From: Gammaproteobacteria bacterium
Lineage (GTDB): Bacteria > Pseudomonadota > Gammaproteobacteria > JAJDYQ01
NCBI GenBank assembly: GCA_965214035.1
Contig: OZ243932.1
Location: forward strand, 1,583,363 to 1,647,362
Length of the DNA: 64,000 nt
Direction of reading: 5' to 3'
The notes beneath the pieces are model-generated. The model saw only the letters and a program-made list of their open reading frames with translations. It did no database searches and had not been told where the DNA came from. Position 1 is the first letter of the stretch, and each line of letters starts with the position of its first letter. Both the position numbers and the translations under genes were made by a program. This document shows positions 61,742-64,000 of this stretch, in pieces.

Positions 61742-63118
61742 ATGGCAGATGGCAAGATACTGATTGTTGACGACGAATCCGAAATCAGGGAGCTGGTTGG
61801 AAATATACTCAGGGATGAGGGCTATCAGGTACGGGGGGGCGGAAATGCAGCCGAAGCCCGGCTTGAAGTGGATGAGGCCCTACCGGATATGGTCCTTCTG
61901 GATATCTGGATGCCGGATATGGATGGTATCAGCCTGCTAAAGGAATGGGGTCAGGAAGGGGGACTGCCTTTTCATGTCGTCATGATGTCGGGGCACGGTA
62001 CGATAGAAACTGCGGTTGAAGCCACACGCCTTGGTGCCTATGATTTTTTGGAAAAGCCACTTTCCATGGCAAAACTGCTGTTAATGGTAAGCCGGACCAT
62101 GCAGGCCATTGAGCTTGCCCGTGAGAATGCCCGCCTGCGTAATAACTCTATTGTCATCGAGAAACCTCTGGGGGGAAGCCCGATTATTCGGGATTTACTT
62201 CGGCAAGTAGCCAATGTTGCGCGGCACCATTCGCCAGTGCTTCTCAAGGGCGAGGCGGGCAGCGGCCGGGAGTCCTGTGCGCGCTACATACACCACCTGG
62301 GCAAACGCCGCGAGCGACCTTTTATTACACTGAGAATCGGTGCGATTGCCAGTGAAAATTATCAAGCAGCCATTTTCGGACGGGAACACAATGATGAGAT
62401 CTACAGTGGTCATCTGGAACAGGCCGATGGCGGGACACTTTTTCTTGATGAAGTCGCCGATCTGGATGCCGATACCCAGGTGCGCCTGTTAAATGCCTTG
62501 CAGGAGTCCTCCTTCCTGCGAGTAGATGGCACACAACCAGTATCTGTGGATGTACGTATTATCGCCAGTACCCGCAGTGATCTGGAACTTGAAGTAAGAG
62601 AGGGCCGCTTTCGGGATGATCTGTATTTTTTTCTGAATGTGTTGCCGGTATATTTACCCGCCCTGAAGGAACATGCCGCGGATATTCCTGCTATTGTGCG
62701 TCATTACGTGAATTATTATATTCAGAGAGGTCACTTACCGGACCGCATGTTCTCCGATGATGCCATGATGTATCTGCGCGAATATGGCTGGCCGGGCAAT
62801 ATCCGCGAGCTTAAGAACATCATTCAGCGTCTGTTAATTCTGGGTAATAACCGGACTATCTCTTCTCTGGATGTGCGACGCATCCTGGGAACCTCATTAC
62901 AGACTACGGAGGATACCCATGCCTATGCCGCGTCACTGACACAGGGTATTCTGGAACTGCCGATACGTGAAGCCAGAGCACACTTTGAGCGTGACTATCT
63001 TCTACATCAATGGAAACGCTCCGAAGGCAGCGTCAGCAGGTTAGCGAAAAAAATTGGCATGGAGAGAACTCACCTGTATCGTAAGCTGAAAAATCTTGGC
63101 ATAGACCACAAAAAATAA
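61742..63118 (+). CDS. NtrX-like response regulator (REC + degenerate AAA+ + Fis-type HTH)
   Basis: Canonical REC domain (ILIVDDE...[12 protein letters not shown]...EKP). AAA+ domain with GEAGSGRE, a Walker B motif (LFLDEVADL) and an R-finger ([12 protein letters not shown]). No GAFTGA loop. [24 protein letters not shown]. The ntrX-trkA adjacency is known from other proteobacteria. Confidence 0.75.
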   Translation: MADGKILIVDDESEIRELVGNILRDEGYQVRGGGNAAEARLEVDEALPDMVLLDIWMPDMDGISLLKEWGQEGGLPFHVVMMSGHGTIETAVEATRLGAYDFLEKPLSMAKLLLMVSRTMQAIELARENARLRNNSIVIEKPLGGSPIIRDLLRQVANVARHHSPVLLKGEAGSGRESCARYIHHLGKRRERPFITLRIGAIASENYQAAIFGREHNDEIYSGHLEQADGGTLFLDEVADLDADTQVRLLNALQESSFLRVDGTQPVSVDVRIIASTRSDLELEVREGRFRDDLYFFLNVLPVYLPALKEHAADIPAIVRHYVNYYIQRGHLPDRMFSDDAMMYLREYGWPGNIRELKNIIQRLLILGNNRTISSLDVRRILGTSLQTTEDTHAYAASLTQGILELPIREARAHFERDYLLHQWKRSEGSVSRLAKKIGMERTHLYRKLKNLGIDHKK

Positions 63119-63128
63119 TGACCGAACA

Positions 63129-64000
63129 ATGAAAATTATCATCCTTGGTGCAGGTCAGGTCGGTTCTACGCTGGCAGCAAGCCTTTCCAGCGAGGCCAAT
63201 GACATAACAATTGTCGATACCAATACAGAATTTCTGCGCGACCTTCAGGAACACTCGGACCTGCGTGTCATATCGGGCAATGCCTCACACCCTGACATAC
63301 TCACACAGGCAGGTGCAGAAGATGCGGATATGGTCATTGCCGTAACCAACAGCGATGAGATCAATATGATCGCCTGTCAGGTCGCCTATACCCTGTTCCA
63401 CACGCCAACCAAAATTGCCCGTGTGCGCGCACCGGAGTATTTGAAAGAAGGCCGGCTGTTTCATCAGGAAGCCCTGCCTATTGATGTTTTGATCAGCCCG
63501 GAACAGATTGTTACAGACTCAATTCACAGCCTGATTGATCACCCGGGTGCGTTGCAGGTTACTGATTTTGCTGGTGGCAGAGTCAAACTGGTGGCCGTGC
63601 GGGCTTACTATGGTGGGCCGCTGGTGGGACATGAGCTGCACACCATTACCGAGCATATGCCGGGAATAGAGGTCAGGGTTGCCGCCATCTTCCGGCGTAA
63701 CCGGCCTATTATTCCCAAGGGGCGTACCGTAGTTGAAGCCGATGACGAAGTATTTTTTATCGCTGCCGAAGCCCATATCCGTGCAGTCACCTCGGAGCTG
63801 CGCCAACGGGAAAAGCGGGTTCGCCGCATTATGATCGCAGGTGGCGGAAATATTGGTACTCGTCTGGCGCGTTCACTGGAGAAACAATATCAGGTCAAAC
63901 TCATCGAACGAAATCCGGAGCAGGCAGCCTGCATATCCGAGAGCCTGAATAAAACCGTTATCCTGCAGGGCGACTGCGCTGATCAGGATCTGCTCACCGA
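63129..64000 (+). CDS. trkA: Trk system potassium uptake protein TrkA (3' end outside window)
   Basis: [19 protein letters not shown] (Rossmann GxGxxG) ...[14 protein letters not shown]...; a second RCK-N begins at [14 protein letters not shown]. The frame stays open to the window end. It is not in the ORF track because there is no stop in the window. Confidence 0.9.
   Translation, partial: MKIIILGAGQVGSTLAASLSSEANDITIVDTNTEFLRDLQEHSDLRVISGNASHPDILTQAGAEDADMVIAVTNSDEINMIACQVAYTLFHTPTKIARVRAPEYLKEGRLFHQEALPIDVLISPEQIVTDSIHSLIDHPGALQVTDFAGGRVKLVAVRAYYGGPLVGHELHTITEHMPGIEVRVAAIFRRNRPIIPKGRTVVEADDEVFFIAAEAHIRAVTSELRQREKRVRRIMIAGGGNIGTRLARSLEKQYQVKLIERNPEQAACISESLNKTVILQGDCADQDLLT

Overview
This window looks like a chromosomal segment of a gammaproteobacterium, about 50% GC by eye, and is mostly conserved housekeeping synteny. 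The blocks are gmhB-plsC; xthA; a tRNA-Pro/Arg/His/Leu cluster; tig-clpP-clpX-lon-hupB; tRNA-Val/Asp; ppiD; mutL-miaA-hfq-hflX-hflK-hflC-DUF2065-hisZ-purA; infA; aat; dapE-dapD; sucA-sucB-lpdA; surE-pcm-yqaA-nlpD-rpoS; mutY; asmA; bcp; hisI; cysS; tRNA-Gly; an NtrX-like regulator; and trkA.

Three things stand out.

1. Two nearly identical copies (roughly a dozen visible differences) of a 2.3-2.6 kb Calx-beta autotransporter gene sit in inverted orientation at 4008-6328 and 34100-36736. They bracket 27.8 kb of core genes. Both copies carry the same frameshift in a C6/G6 run, and each also has its own private lesion.

2. Copy 2 lies inside a visibly GC-rich cluster. The cluster holds a GT2-GtrA fusion that resembles a polyprenyl-phosphate sugar synthase, translationally coupled to a TMTC-like GT-C/TPR membrane protein. 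A second TMTC-like paralog lies upstream of the adhesin. I read this as a candidate periplasmic protein O-glycosylation module. It is the best candidate for an undescribed system in this window, but that reading is an inference.

3. There are several smaller oddities:
- a small ORF interrupted by an in-frame TGA;
- a coupled DUF482/FemAB-like-aat pair followed by an EgtD-like gene;
- a GAFTGA-less regulator with a Walker A Lys->Arg change and no partner kinase;
- a Hanks-type kinase with a pseudo-receiver domain;
- an AT-rich islet;
- long homopolymer runs inside mutL and lon.

I saw no CRISPR array, transposase, integrase or rRNA.
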